Source of the DNA: the human T2T-CHM13v2.0 reference genome, Homo sapiens
Assembly: GCF_009914755.1 (NCBI RefSeq)
Contig: NC_060934.1
DNA length: 64,000 nt
Reading direction: 5' to 3' (one strand)
Shown here: positions 29,201-44,200 of the stretch, piece after piece
Layout: the number at the start of each line of letters is the position of its first letter
How positions within the stretch are numbered: position 1 is the stretch's first letter
Notes under the pieces: generated by a model
What the model was told of the DNA's origin: nothing
What the model saw: only the letters and a program-made list of their open reading frames with translations
The model's database searches: none
Made by a program: the position numbers and the translations under genes

Positions 29201-32200
29201 AAAGGAAATATCTTCGTATAAAAACTACACAGAATCATTCTCAACAACTACTTTGTGATGTGTGTGTTCAACTCACAGAGTTTAACCTTTCTTTTCATAG
29301 AGCAGTTTGGAAACACTCTGTTTGTAATGTCTGCAAGTGCATATTTGGACTTCTTTGAGGCCTTCGTTGGAAACGGGATTTCTTCACATAATGCTTGACA
29401 GAAGAATTCTCAGTCACTTCTTTGTGTTGTGGTATTCAAGTCACAGAGTTGAAACTTCCTTTAGACAGAGCAGTTTTGAAAATCTCTTTCTGTGGAATTT
29501 GCAAGTGTAGATTTCAAGCGATTTGGGGCCAATCTTTGAAATGGAAATATCTTCGTGTAAAAACTACACAGAATCATTCTCAGGAACTGCTTTCTGATGT
29601 GTGCGTTCAACACACGGAGTTTAACCTTTCTTTTCATAGAGCAGTTTGGAAACACTCTGTTTGTAAAGTCTGCAAGTGCATATTTGGACCTCTTTGAGGC
29701 CTTCGTTGGAAACGTGATTTCTTCATATAATGCTAGACAGAAGAATTATCAGTCACTTCTTTGTGTTGTGTGTATTCAAGTCACAGAGTTGAACCTTCCT
29801 TTAGACAGAGCAGTTTTGAAAAACTCTTTCTGTGGAATTTGCAAGTGGAGATTTCAAGCGATTTGAGGCCAATCTTTGAAATGGAAATCTCTTCGTGTAA
29901 AAACTACACAGAATCATTCTCAGAAACTGCTTTGTGATGTCTGCGTTCAGCTTACAGAGTTTCACCTTTCTTTTTATAGAGCAGTTTGGAAAGACTCTGT
30001 CTGTAAAGTCTGCAAGTGAATACTTGGACCCCTTTGTGTACTTTGTTGGAAGAGGGATTTTTTCATTTACTGCTAGACAGAAGAATTCTCAGTAAATCCT
30101 TTGTGTTGTGTGAATTCAACTCACAGAGTTGAACCTTCCTTTATTCAGAGCAGCTTTGAAACACTCTTTTTGTGGAATTTCCAGGTGCAGATTTCAAGAG
30201 ATTTGACGCCTATCTTAGACATGGAAATATCTTCGTATTAAAACTACAGAGTCATTCGCAGAAACTAGTTTGTGATGTGTGCCTTCAACTCACAGAGTTT
30301 AACCTTTCTTTTCATAGAGCAGTCTGGAAACACTCTGTTTGTAAAGTCTGCAAGTGGATATTTGGACCTCTTTGAGGACTCAGTTGGAAACGGGATTTCT
30401 TCATATAACGCTAGACAGAAGAATTCTCAGTAATTTCTTTGTGTTGTGTGCATTCAACTCACAGAGTTGAAACTTTCTTTAGAGAGAGCAGATTTGAAAC
30501 ACTCTTTCTGTGGAATTTGCTAGTGCAGATATCAAACGCTTCGAGGACAATGGCAGAAAAGGTTATATCTTCATATTAAAATTAGAGAAAATCATTCTCA
30601 GAATACACTTTGTGATGTGTGTGTTCAACTCACAGAGTTTAACATTCCTTTAATCGAGCAGTTAGGAAACACTCTTTTTGTGAAGTCTGCAAGTGGATAA
30701 TTGGCCGTCTTTGAGCCCTTCGCTGGAAACGGGATTTCCTCATACAATGCTAGACGGAAGAATTCTCAGTAACTTCTTCGTGTTGTTTGTATTCAACTCA
30801 GAGATTTGAACCTTCCTTTGGAGAGAGCAGATTTGAAAAACTCTTTTTTTGGTATTTGCAAGTACAGATTTCAAGCGCTCCTAGGCCTATGGCAGAAAAG
30901 GAAATATCTTCGTATAAAAACTACACAGAATCATTCTCAACAACTACTTTGTGATGTGAGCGTTCAACTCACAGAGTTTAACCTTTCTTTTCATAGAGCA
31001 CTTTGGAAAGACTCTGTCTGTAAAGTCTGCAAGTGCTTATTTGGACTTCTTTGAGGCCTTCGTTGGAAACGGGATTTCTTCATATAACGCTGGACAGAAG
31101 AATTCTCATTTACTTCTTTGTGTTGTGTGCATTCAACTCACAGAGTTGAAACTTTCTTTAGAGAGAGCAGATTTGAAACACCCTTTCTGTGGAGTTTGCT
31201 AGTGCAGATTTCAAACGCTTCGAGGACAATGGTAGAAAAGGATATATCTTCGTATTAAAACTAGACAAAATCATTCTCAGAATACACTTTGTGATGTGTG
31301 TGTTCCACTTACAGAGTTTAACCTTTCTTTAATCGAGCAGTTTGGAAACACTCTCTTTGTAAAGTCTCCAAGTGGATAATTGGCCCTCTTTGGGCCCTTC
31401 GTTGGAAACGGGATTTCCTCATATAATTCTAGACAGAAGAATTCTCAGTAACTTCTTTGTGTTGTTGGTATTCAACTCACAGATTTCAACCTTCCTTTAG
31501 AGAGAGCAGATTTGAAACACTCTTTTTTTGGTATTTGCAAGTGCAGATTCCAAGCGCTTCTAGGCCTATGGCAGAAAAGGAAATATCTTCGTATAAAAAC
31601 TACACAGAATCATTCTCAACAACTACTTTGTGATGTGTGTGTTCAACTCACAGAGTTTAACCTTTCTTTTCATAGAGCAGTTTGGAAACACTCTGTTTGT
31701 AATGTCTGCAAGTGCATATTTGGACTTCTTTGAGGCCTTCGTTGGAAACGGGATTTCTTCATATAATGCTTGACAGAAGAATTCTCAGTCACTTCTTTGT
31801 GTTGTGGTATTCAAGTCACAGAGTTGAAACTTCCTTTAGACAGAGCAGTTTTGAAAATCTCTTTCTGTGGAATTTGCAAGTGGAGATTTCAAGCGATTTG
31901 AGGCCAATCTTTGAAATGGAAATATCTTCGTGTAAAAACTACACAGAATCATTCTCAGGAACTACTTTCTGATGTGTGCGTTCAACACACGGAGTTTAAC
32001 CTTTCTTTTCATAGAGCAGTTTGGAAACACTCTGTTTGTAAAGTCTGCAAGTGCTTATTTGGACCTCTTTGAGGCCTTCGTTGGAAACGTGATTTCTTCA
32101 TATAATGCTAGACAGAAGAATTATCAGTCACTTCTTTGTGTTGTGTGTATTCAAGTCACAGAGTTAAACCTTCCTTTAGACAGAGCAGTTTTGAAAAACT

Positions 32201-35200
32201 CTTTCTGTGGAATTTGCAAGTGGAGATTTCAAGCGATTTGAGGCCAATCTTTGAAATGGAAATCTCTTCGTGTAAAAACTACACAGAATCATTCTCAGAA
32301 ACTGCTTTGTGATGTCTGCGTTCAGCTTACAGAGTTTCACCTTTCTTTTTATAGAGCAGTTTGGAAAGACTCTGTCTGTAAAGTCTGCAAGTGAATACTT
32401 GGACCCCTTTGTGTACTTCGTTGGAAGAGGGATTTTTTCATTTACTGCTAGACAGAAGAATTCTCAGTAAATCCTTTGTGTTGTGTGAATTCAACTCACA
32501 GAGTTGAACCTTCCTTTATTCAGAGCAGTTTTGAAACACTCTTTTTGTGGAATTTCCACGTGGAGATTTCAAGAGATTTGACGCCTATCTTAGACATGGA
32601 AATATCTTCGTATTAAAACTACAGAGTCATTCGCAGAAACTAGTTTGTGATGTGTGCCTTCAACTCACAGAGTTTAACCTTTCTTTTCATAGAGCAGTCT
32701 GGAAACACTCTGTTTGTAAAGTCTGCAAGTGGATATTTGGACCTCTTTGAGGACTCAGTTGGAAACGGGATTTCTTCATATAACGCTAGACAGAAGAATT
32801 CTCATTAACTTCTTTGTGTTGTGTGCATTCAACTCACAGAGTTGAAACTTTCTTTAGAGAGAGCAGATTTGAAACACTCTTTCTGTGGAATTTGCTAGTG
32901 CAGATATCAAACGCTTCGAGGACAATGGCAGAAAAGGTTATATCTTCATATTAAAATTAGACAAAATCATTCTCAGAATACACTTTGTGATGTGTGTGTT
33001 CAACTCACAGAGTTTAACATTCCTTTAATCGAGCAGTTAGGAAACACTCTTTTTGTAAAGTCTGCAAGTGGATAATTGGCCGTCTTTGAGCCCTTCGCTG
33101 GAAACGGGATTTCCTCATACAATGCTAGACGGAAGAATTCTCAGTAACTTCTTCGTGTTGTTTGTATTCAACTCAGAGATTTGAACCTTCCTTTCGAGAG
33201 AGCAGATTTGTAAAACTCTTTTTTTGGTATTTGCAAGTACAGATTTCAAGCGCTCCTAGGCCTATGGCAGAAAAGGAAATATCTTCGTATAAAAACTACA
33301 CAGAATCATTCTCAACAACTACTTTGTGATGTGAGCGTTCAACTCACAGAGTTTAACCTTTCTTTTCATAGAGCACTTTGGAAAGACTCTGTCTGTAAAG
33401 TCTGCAAGTGCTTATTTGGACTTCTTTGAGGCCTTCGTTGGAAACGGGATTTCTTCATATAACGCTGGACAGAAGAATTCTCATTTACTTCTTTGTGTTG
33501 TGTGCATTCAACTCACAGAGTTGAAACTTTCTTTAGAGAGAGCAGATTTGAAACACCCTTTCTGTGGAGTTTGCTAGTGCAGATTTCAAACGCTTCGAGG
33601 ACAATGGTAGAAAAGGATATATCTTCGTATTAAAACTAGACAAAATCATTCTCAGAATACACTTTGTGATGTGTGTGTTCCACTTACAGAGTTTAACCTT
33701 TCTTTAATCGAGCAGTTTGGAAACACTCTCTTTGTAAAGTCTCCAAGTGGATAATTGGCCCTCCTTGAGCCCTTCGTTCGAAACGGGATTTCCTCATATA
33801 ATTCTAGACAGAAGAATTCTCAGTAACTTCTTTGTGTTGTTTGTATTCAACTCACAGATTTCAACCTTCCTTTAGAGAGAGCAGATTTGAAACACTCTTT
33901 TTTTGGTATTTGCAAGTGCAGATTCCAAGCGCTTCTAGGCCTATGGCAGAAAAGGAAATATCTTCGTATAAAAACTACACAGAATCATTCTCAACAACTA
34001 CTTTGTGATGTGTGTGTTCAACTCACAGAGTTTAACCTTTCTTTTCATAGAGCAGTTTGGAAACACTCTGTTTGTAATGTCTGCAAGTGCATATTTGGAC
34101 TTCTTTGAGGCCTTCGTTGGAAACGGGATTTCTTCATATAATGCTTGACAGAAGAATTCTCAGTCACTTCTTTGTGTTGTGGTATTCAAGTCACAGAGTT
34201 GAAACTTCCTTTAGACAGAGCAGTTTTGAAAATCTCTTTCTGTGGAATTTGCAAGTGGAGATTTCAAGCGATTTGAGGCCAATCTTTGAAATGGAAATAT
34301 CTTCGTGTAAAAACTACACAGAATCATTCTCAGGAACTACTTTCTGATGTGTGCGTTCAACACACGGAGTTTAACCTTTCTTTTCATAGAGCAGTTTGGA
34401 AACACTCTGTTTGTAAAGTCTGCAAGTGCTTATTTGGACCTCTTTGAGGCCTTCGTTGGAAACGTGATTTCTTCATATAATGCTAGACAGAAGAATTATC
34501 AGTCACTTCTTTGTGTTGTGTGTATTCAAGTCACAGAGTTAAACCTTCCTTTAGACAGAGCAGTTTTGAAAAACTCTTTCTGTGGAATTTGCAAGTGGAG
34601 ATTTCAAGCGATTTGAGGCCAATCTTTGAAATGGAAATCTCTTCGTGTAAAAACTACACAGAATCATTCTCAGAAACTGCTTTGTGATGTCTGCGTTCAG
34701 CTTACAGAGTTTCACCTTTCTTTTTATAGAGCAGTTTGGAAAGACTCTGTCTGTAAAGTCTGCAAGTGAATACTTGGACCCCTTTGTGTACTTCGTTGGA
34801 AGAGGGATTTTTTCATTTACTGCTAGACAGAAGAATTCTCAGTAAATCCTTTGTGTTGTGTGAATTCAACTCACAGAGTTGAACCTTCCTTTATTCAGAG
34901 CAGTTTTGAAACACTCTTTTTGTGGAATTTCCAGGTGGAGATTTCAAGAGATTTGACGCCTATCTTAGACATGGAAATATCTTCGTATTAAAACTACAGA
35001 GTCATTCGCAGAAACTAGTTTGTGATGTGTGCCTTCAACTCACAGAGTTTAACCTTTCTTTTCATAGAGCAGTCTGGAAACACTCTGTTTGTAAAGTCTG
35101 CAAGTGGATATTTGGACCTCTTTGAGGACTCAGTTGGAAACGGGATTTCTTCATATAACGCTAGACAGAAGAATTCTCATTAACTTCTTTGTGTTGTGTG

Positions 35201-38200
35201 CATTCAACTCACAGAGTTGAAACTTTCTTTAGAGAGAGCAGATTTGAAACACTCTTTCTGTGGAATTTGCTAGTGCAGATATCAAACGCTTCGAGGACAA
35301 TGGCAGAAAAGGTTATATCTTCATATTAAAATTAGACAAAATCATTCTCAGAATACACTTTGTGATGTGTGTGTTCAACTCACAGAGTTTAACATTCCTT
35401 TAATCGAGCAGTTAGGAAACACTCTTTTTGTAAAGTCTGCAAGTGGATAATTGGCCGTCTTTGAGCCCTTCGCTGGAAACGGGATTTCCTCATACAATGC
35501 TAGACCGAAGAATTCTCAGTAACTTCTTCGTGTTGTTTGTATTCAACTCAGAGATTTGAACCTTCCTTTGGAGAGAGCAGATTTGAAAAACTCTTTTTTT
35601 GGTATTTGCAAGTACAGATTTCAAGCGCTCCTAGGCCTATGGCAGAAAAGGAAATATCTTCGTATAAAAACTACACAGAATCATTCTCAACAACTACTTT
35701 GTGATGTGAGCGTTCAACTCACAGAGTTTAACCTTTCTTTTCATAGAGCACTTTGGAAAGACTCTGTCTGTAAAGTCTGCAAGTGCTTATTTGGACTTCT
35801 TTGAGGCCTTCGTTGGAAACGGGATTTCTTCATATAACGCTGGACAGAAGAATTCTCATTTACTTCTTTGTGTTGTGTGCATTCAACTCACAGAGTTGAA
35901 ACTTTCTTTAGAGAGAGCAGATTTGAAACACCCTTTCTGTGGAGTTTGCTAGTGCAGATTTCAAACGCTTCGAGGACAATGGTAGAAAAGGATATATCTT
36001 CGTATTAAAACTAGACAAAATCATTCTCAGAATACACTTTGTGATGTGTGTGTTCCACTTACAGAGTTTAACCTTTCTTTAATCGAGCAGTTTGGAAACA
36101 CTCTCTTTGTAAAGTCTCCAAGTGGATAATTGGCCCTCTTTGAGCCCTTCGTTCGAAACGGGATTTCCTCATATAATTCTAGACAGAAGAATTCTCAGTA
36201 ACTTCTTTGTGTTGTTTGTATTCAACTCACAGATTTCAACCTTCCTTTAGAGAGAGCAGATTTGAAACACTCTTTTTTTGGTATTTGCAAGTGCAGATTC
36301 CAAGCGCTTCTAGGCCTATGGCAGAAAAGGAAATATCTTCGTATAAAAACTACACAGAATCATTCTCAACAACTACTTTGTGATGTGTGTGTTCAACTCA
36401 CAGAGTTTAACCTTTCTTTTCATAGAGCAGTTTGGAAACACTCTGTTTGTAATGTCTGCAAGTGCATATTTGGACTTCTTTGAGGCCTTCGTTGGAAACG
36501 GGATTTCTTCATATAATGCTTGACAGAAGAATTCTCAGTCACTTCTTTGTGTTGTGGTATTCAAGTCACAGAGTTGAAACTTCCTTTAGACAGAGCAGTT
36601 TTGAAAATCTCTTTCTGTGGAATTTGCAAGTGGAGATTTCAAGCGATTTGAGGCCAATCTTTGAAATGGAAATATCTTCGTGTAAAAACTACACAGAATC
36701 ATTCTCAGGAACTACTTTCTGATGTGTGCGTTCAACACACGGAGTTTAACCTTTCTTTTCATAGAGCAGTTTGGAAACACTCTGTTTGTAAAGTCTGCAA
36801 GTGCTTATTTGGACCTCTTTGAGGCCTTCGTTGGAAACGTGATTTCTTCATATAATGCTAGACAGAAGAATTATCAGTCACTTCTTTGTGTTGTGTGTAT
36901 TCAAGTCACAGAGTTAAACCTTCCTTTAGACAGAGCAGTTTTGAAAAACTCTTTCTGTGGAATTTGCAAGTGGAGATTTCAAGCGATTTGAGGCCAATCT
37001 TTGAAATGGAAATCTCTTCGTGTAAAAACTACACAGAATCATTCTCAGAAACTGCTTTGTGATGTCTGCGTTCAGCTTACAGAGTTTCACCTTTCTTTTT
37101 ATAGAGCAGTTTGGAAAGACTCTGTCTGTAAAGTCTGCAAGTGAATACTTGGACCCCTTTGTGTACTTCGTTGGAAGAGGGATTTTTTCATTTACTGCTA
37201 GACAGAAGAATTCTCAGTAAATCCTTTGTGTTGTGTGAATTCAACTCACAGAGTTGAACCTTCCTTTATTCAGAGCAGTTTTGAAACACTCTTTTTGTGG
37301 AATTTCCAGGTGGAGATTTCAAGAGATTTGACGCCTATCTTAGACATGGAAATATCTTCGTATTAAAACTACAGAGTCATTCGCAGAAACTAGTTTGTGA
37401 TGTGTGCCTTCAACTCACAGAGTTTAACCTTTCTTTTCATAGAGCAGTCTGGAAACACTCTGTTTGTAAAGTCTGCAAGTGGATATTTGGACCTCTTTGA
37501 GGACTCAGTTGGAAACGGGATTTCTTCATATAACGCTAGACAGAAGAATTCTCATTAACTTCTTTGTGTTGTGTGCATTCAACTCACAGAGTTGAAACTT
37601 TCTTTAGAGAGAGCAGATTTGAAACACTCTTTCTGTGGAATTTGCTAGTGCAGATATCAAACGCTTCGAGGACAATGGCAGAAAAGGTTATATCTTCATA
37701 TTAAAATTAGACAAAATCATTCTCAGAATACACTTTGTGATGTGTGTGTTCAACTCACAGAGTTTAACATTCCTTTAATCGAGCAGTTAGGAAACACTCT
37801 TTTTGTAAAGTCTGCAAGTGGATAATTGGCCGTCTTTGAGCCCTTCGCTGGAAACGGGATTTCCTCATACAATGCTAGACGGAAGAATTCTCAGTAACTT
37901 CTTCGTGTTGTTTGTATTCAACTCAGAGATTTGAACCTTCCTTTGGAGAGAGCAGATTTGAAAAACTCTTTTTTTGGTATTTGCAAGTACAGATTTCAAG
38001 CGCTCCTAGGCCTATGGCAGAAAAGGAAATATCTTCGTATAAAAACTACACAGAATCATTCTCAACAACTACTTTGTGATGTGAGCGTTCAACTCACAGA
38101 GTTTAACCTTTCTTTTCATAGAGCACTTTGGAAAGACTCTGTCTGTAAAGTCTGCAAGTGCTTATTTGGATTTCTTTGAGGCCTTCGTTGGAAACGGGAT

Positions 38201-41200
38201 TTCTTCATATAACGCTGGACAGAAGAATTCTCATTTACTTCTTTGTGTTGTGTGCATTCAACTCACAGAGTTGAAACTTTCTTTAGAGAGAGCAGATTTG
38301 AAACACCCTTTCTGTGGAGTTTGCTATTGCAGATTTCAAACGCTTCGAGGACAATGGTAGAAAAGGATATATCTTCGTATTAAAACTAGACAAAATCATT
38401 CTCAGAATACACTTTGTGATGTGTGTGTTCCACTTACAGAGTTTAACCTTTCTTTAATCGAGCAGTTTGGAAACACTCTCTTTGTAAAGTCTCCAAGTGG
38501 ATAATTGGCCCTCTTTGAGCCCTTCGTTGGAAACGGGATTTCCTCATATAATTCTAGACAGAAGAATTCTCAGTAACTTCTTTGTGTTGTTTGTATTCAA
38601 CTCACAGATTTCAACCTTCCTTTAGAGAGAGCAGATTTGAAACACTCTTTTTTTGGTATTTGCAAGTGCAGATTCCAAGCGCTTCTAGGCCTATGGCAGA
38701 AAAGGAAATATCTTCGTATAAAAACTACACAGAATCATTCTCAACAACTACTTTGTGATGTGTGTGTTCAACTCACAGAGTTTAACCTTTCTTTTCATAG
38801 AGCAGTTTGGAAACACTCTGTTTGTAATGTCTGCAAGTGCATATTTGGACTTCTTTGAGGCCTTCGTTGGAAACGGGATTTCTTCATATAATGCTTGACA
38901 GAAGAATTCTCAGTCACTTCTTTGTGTTGTGGTATTCAAGTCACAGAGTTGAAACTTCCTTTAGACAGAGCAGTTTTGAAAATCTCTTTCTGTGGAATTT
39001 GCAAGTGGAGATTTCAAGCGATTTGAGGCCAATCTTTGAAATGGAAATATCTTCGTGTAAAAACTACACAGAATCATTCTCAGGAACTACTTTCTGATGT
39101 GTGCGTTCAACACACGGAGTTTAACCTTTCTTTTCATAGAGCAGTTTGGAAACACTCTGTTTGTAAAGTCTGCAAGTGCTTATTTGGACCTCTTTGAGGC
39201 CTTCGTTGGAAACGTGATTTCTTCATATAATGCTAGACAGAAGAATTATCAGTCACTTCTTTGTGTTGTGTGTATTCAAGTCACAGAGTTAAACCTTCCT
39301 TTAGACAGAGCAGTTTTGAAAAACTCTTTCTGTGGAATTTGCAAGTGGAGATTTCAAGCGATTTGAGGCCAATCTTTGAAATGGAAATCTCTTCGTGTAA
39401 AAACTACACAGAATCATTCTCAGAAACTGCTTTGTGATGTCTGCGTTCAGCTTACAGAGTTTCACCTTTCTTTTTATAGAGCAGTTTGGAAAGACTCTGT
39501 CTGTAAAGTCTGCAAGTGAATACTTGGACCCCTTTGTGTACTTCGTTGGAAGAGGGATTTTTTCATTTACTGCTAGACAGAAGAATTCTCAGTAAATCCT
39601 TTGTGTTGTGTGAATTCAACTCACAGAGTTGAACCTTCCTTTATTCAGAGCAGTTTTGAAACACTCTTTTTGTGGAATTTCCAGGTGGAGATTTCAAGAG
39701 ATTTGACGCCTATCTTAGACATGGAAATATCTTCGTATTAAAACTACAGAGTCATTCGCAGAAACTAGTTTGTGATGTGTGCCTTCAACTCACAGAGTTT
39801 AACCTTTCTTTTCATAGAGCAGTCTGGAAACACTCTGTTTGTAAAGTCTGCAAGTGGATATTTGGACCTCTTTGAGGACTCAGTTGGAAACGGGATTTCT
39901 TCATATAACGCTAGACAGAAGAATTCTCATTAACTTCTTTGTGTTGTGTGCATTCAACTCACAGAGTTGAAACTTTCTTTAGAGAGAGCAGATTTGAAAC
40001 ACTCTTTCTGTGGAATTTGCTAGTGCAGATATCAAACGCTTCGAGGACAATGGCAGAAAAGGTTATATCTTCATATTAAAATTAGACAAAATCATTCTCA
40101 GAATACACTTTGTGATGTGTGTGTTCAACTCACAGAGTTTAACATTCCTTTAATCGAGCAGTTAGGAAACACTCTTTTTGTAAAGTCTGCAAGTGGATAA
40201 TTGGCCGTCTTTGAGCCCTTCGCTGGAAACGGGATTTCCTCATACAATGCTAGACGGAAGAATTCTCAGTAACTTCTTCGTGTTGTTTGTATTCAACTCA
40301 GAGATTTGAACCTTCCTTTCGAGAGAGCAGATTTGAAAAACTCTTTTTTTGGTATTTGCAAGTACAGATTTCAAGCGCTCCTAGGCCTATGGCAGAAAAG
40401 GAAATATCTTCGTATAAAAACTACACAGAATCATTCTCAACAACTACTTTGTGATGTGAGCGTTCAACTCACAGAGTTTAACCTTTCTTTTCATAGAGCA
40501 CTTTGGAAAGACTCTGTCTGTAAAGTCTGCAAGTGCTTATTTGGACTTCTTTGAGGCCTTCGTTGGAAACGGGATTTCTTCATATAACGCTGGACAGAAG
40601 AATTCTCATTTACTTCTTTGTGTTGTGTGCATTCAACTCACAGAGTTGAAACTTTCTTTAGAGAGAGCAGATTTGAAACACCCTTTCTGTGGAGTTTGCT
40701 AGTGCAGATTTCAAACGCTTCGAGGACAATGGTAGAAAAGGATATATCTTCGTATTAAAACTAGACAAAATCATTCTCAGAATACACTTTGTGATGTGTG
40801 TGTTCCACTTACAGAGTTTAACCTTTCTTTAATCGAGCAGTTTGGAAACACTCTCTTTGTAAAGTCTCCAAGTGGATAATTGGCCCTCTTTGAGCCCTTC
40901 GTTGGAAACGGGATTTCCTCATATAATTCTAGACAGAAGAATTCTCAGTAACTTCTTTGTGTTGTTTGTATTCAACTCACAGATTTCAACCTTCCTTTAG
41001 AGAGAGCAGATTTGAAACACTCTTTTTTTGGTATTTGCAAGTGCAGATTCCAAGCGCTTCTAGGCCTATGGCAGAAAAGGAAATATCTTCGTATAAAAAC
41101 TACACAGAATCATTCTCAACAACTACTTTGTGATGTGTGTGTTCAACTCACAGAGTTTAACCTTTCTTTTCATAGAGCAGTTTGGAAACACTCTGTTTGT

Positions 41201-44200
41201 AATGTCTGCAAGTGCATATTTGGACTTCTTTGAGGCCTTCGTTGGAAACGGGATTTCTTCATACAATGCTTGACAGAAGAATTCTCAGTCATTTCTTTGT
41301 GTTGTGGTATTCAAGTCACAGAGTTGAAACTTCCTTTAGACAGAGCAGTTTTGAAAATCTCTTTCTGTGGAATTTGCAAGTGTAGATTACAAGCGATTTG
41401 AGGCCAATCTTTGAAATGGAAATATCTTCGTGTAAAAACTACACAGAATCATTCTCAGGAACTGCTTTCTGATGTGTGCGTTCAACACACGGAGTTTAAC
41501 CTTTCTTTTCATAGAGCAGTTTGGAAACACTCTGTTTGTAAAGTCTGCAAGTGCATATTTGAACCTCTTTGAGGCCTTCGTTGGAAACGTGATTTCTTCA
41601 TATAATGCTAGACAGAAGAATTATCAGTCACTTCTTTGTGTTGTGTGTATTCAAGTCACAGAGTTGAACCTTCCTTTAGACAGAGCAGTTTTGAAAAACT
41701 CTTTCTGTGGAATTTGCAAGTGGAGATTTCAAGCGATTTGAGGCCAATCTTTGAAATGGAAATCTCTTCGTGTAAAAACTACACAGAATCATTCTCAGAA
41801 ACTGCTTTGTGATGTCTGCGTTCAGCTTACAGAGTTTCACCTTTCTTTTTATAGAGCAGTTTGGAAAGACTCTGTCTGTAAAGTCTGCAAGTGAATACTT
41901 GGACCCCTTTGTGTACTTCGTTGGAAGAGGGATTTTTTCATTTACTGCTAGACAGAAGAATTCTCAGTAAATCCTTTGTGTTGTGTGAATTCAACTCACA
42001 GAGTTGAACCTTCCTTTATTCAGAGCAGTTTTGAAACACTCTTTTTGTGGAATTTCCAGGTGGAGATTTCAAGAGATTTGACGCCTATCTTAGACATGGA
42101 AATATCTTCGTATTAAAACTACAGAGTCATTCGCAGAAACTAGTTTGTGATGTGTGCCTTCAACTCACAGAGTTTAACCTTTCTTTTCATAGAGCAGTCT
42201 GGAAACACTCTGTTTGTAAAGTCTGCAAGTGGATATTTGGACCTCTTTGAGGACTCAGTTGGAAACGGGATTTCTTCATATAACGCTAGACAGAAGAATT
42301 CTCATTAACTTCTTTGTGTTGTGTGCATTCAACTCACAGAGTTGAAACTTTCTTTAGAGAGAGCAGATTTGAAACACTCTTTCTGTGGAATTTGCTAGTG
42401 CAGATATCAAACGCTTCGAGGACAATGGCAGAAAAGGTTATATCTTCATATTAAAATTAGACAAAATCATTCTCAGAATACACTTTGTGATGTGTGTGTT
42501 CAACTCACAGAGTTTAACATTCCTTTAATCGAGCAGTTAGGAAACACTCTTTTTGTAAAGTCTGCAAGTGGATAATTGGCCGTCTTTGAGCCCTTCGCTG
42601 GAAACGGGATTTCCTCATATAATGCTAGACCGAAGAATTCTCAGTAAATTCTTCGTGTTGTTTGTATTCAACTCACAGATTTCAACCTTCCTTTGGAGAG
42701 AGCAGATTTGAAAAACTCTTTTTTTGGTATTTGCAAGTATAGATTTCAAGCGCTCCTAGGCCTATGGCAGAAAAGGAAATATCTTCGTATAAAAACTACA
42801 CAGAATCATTCTCAACAACTACTTTGTGATGTGAGCGTTCAACTCACAGAGTTTAACCTTTCTTTTCATAGAGCACTTTGGAAAGACTCTGTCTGTAAAG
42901 TCTGCAAGTGCTTATTTGGACTTCTTTGAGGCCTTCGTTGGAAACGGGATTTCTTCATATAACGCTGGACAGAAGAATTCTCATTTACTTCTTTGTGTTG
43001 TGTGCATTCAACTCACAGAGTCGAAACTTTCTTTAGAGAGAGCAGATTTGAAACACCCTTTCTGTGGAGTTTGCTAGTGCAGATTTCAAACGCTTCGAGG
43101 ACAATGGTAGAAAAGGATATATCTTCGTATTAAAACTAGACAAAATCATTCTCAGAATACACTTTGTGATGTGTGTGTTCCACTTACAGAGTTTAACCTT
43201 TATTTAATCGAGCAGTTTGGAAACACTCTCTTTGTAAAGTCTCCAAGTGGATAATTGGCCCTCTTTGAGCCCTTCGTTGGAAACGGGATTTCCTCATATA
43301 ATGCTAGACAGAAGAATTCTCAGTAACTTCTTTGTGTTGTTTGTATTCAACTCACAGATTTCAACCTTCCTTTAGAGAGAGCAGATTTGAAACACTCTTT
43401 TTTTTGGTATTTGCAAGTGCAGATTCCAAGCGCTTCTAGGCCTATGGCAGAACAGGAAATATCTTCGTATAAAAACTACACAGAATCATTCTCAACAACT
43501 ACTTTGTGATGTGTGCGTTCAACTCACAGAGTTTAACCTTTCTTTTCATAGAGCAGTTTGGAAACACTCTGTTTGTAATGTCTGCAAGTGCATATTTGGA
43601 CTTCTTTGAGGCCTTCGTTGGAAACGGGATTTCTTCATATAATGCTTGACAGAAGAATTCTCAGTCACATCTTTGTGTTGTGGTATTCAAGTCACAGAGT
43701 TGAAACTTGCTTTAGACAGAGCAGTTTTGAAAATCTCTTTCTGTGGAATTTGCAAGTGGAGATTTCAAGCCATTTGAGGCCAATCTTTGAAATGGAAATA
43801 TCTTCGTGTAAAAACTACACAGAATCATTCTCAGGAACTACTTTCTGATGTGTGCGTTCAACACACGGAGTTTAACCGTTCTTTTCATAGAGCAGTTTGG
43901 AAACACTCTGTTTGTAAAGTCTGCAAGTGCATATTTTTACCTCTTTGAGGCCTTCGTTGGAAACGTGATTTCTTCATATAATGCTAGACAGAAGAATTAT
44001 CAGTCACTTCTTTGTGTTGTGTGTATTCAAGTCACAGAGTTGAACCTTCCTTTAGACAGAGCAGTTTTGAAAAACTCTTTCTGTGGAATTTGCAAGTGGA
44101 GATTTCAAGCGATTTGAGGCCAATCTTTGAAATGGAAATCTCTTCGTGTAAAAACTACACAGAATCATTCTCAGAAACTGCTTTGTGATGTCTGCGTTCA

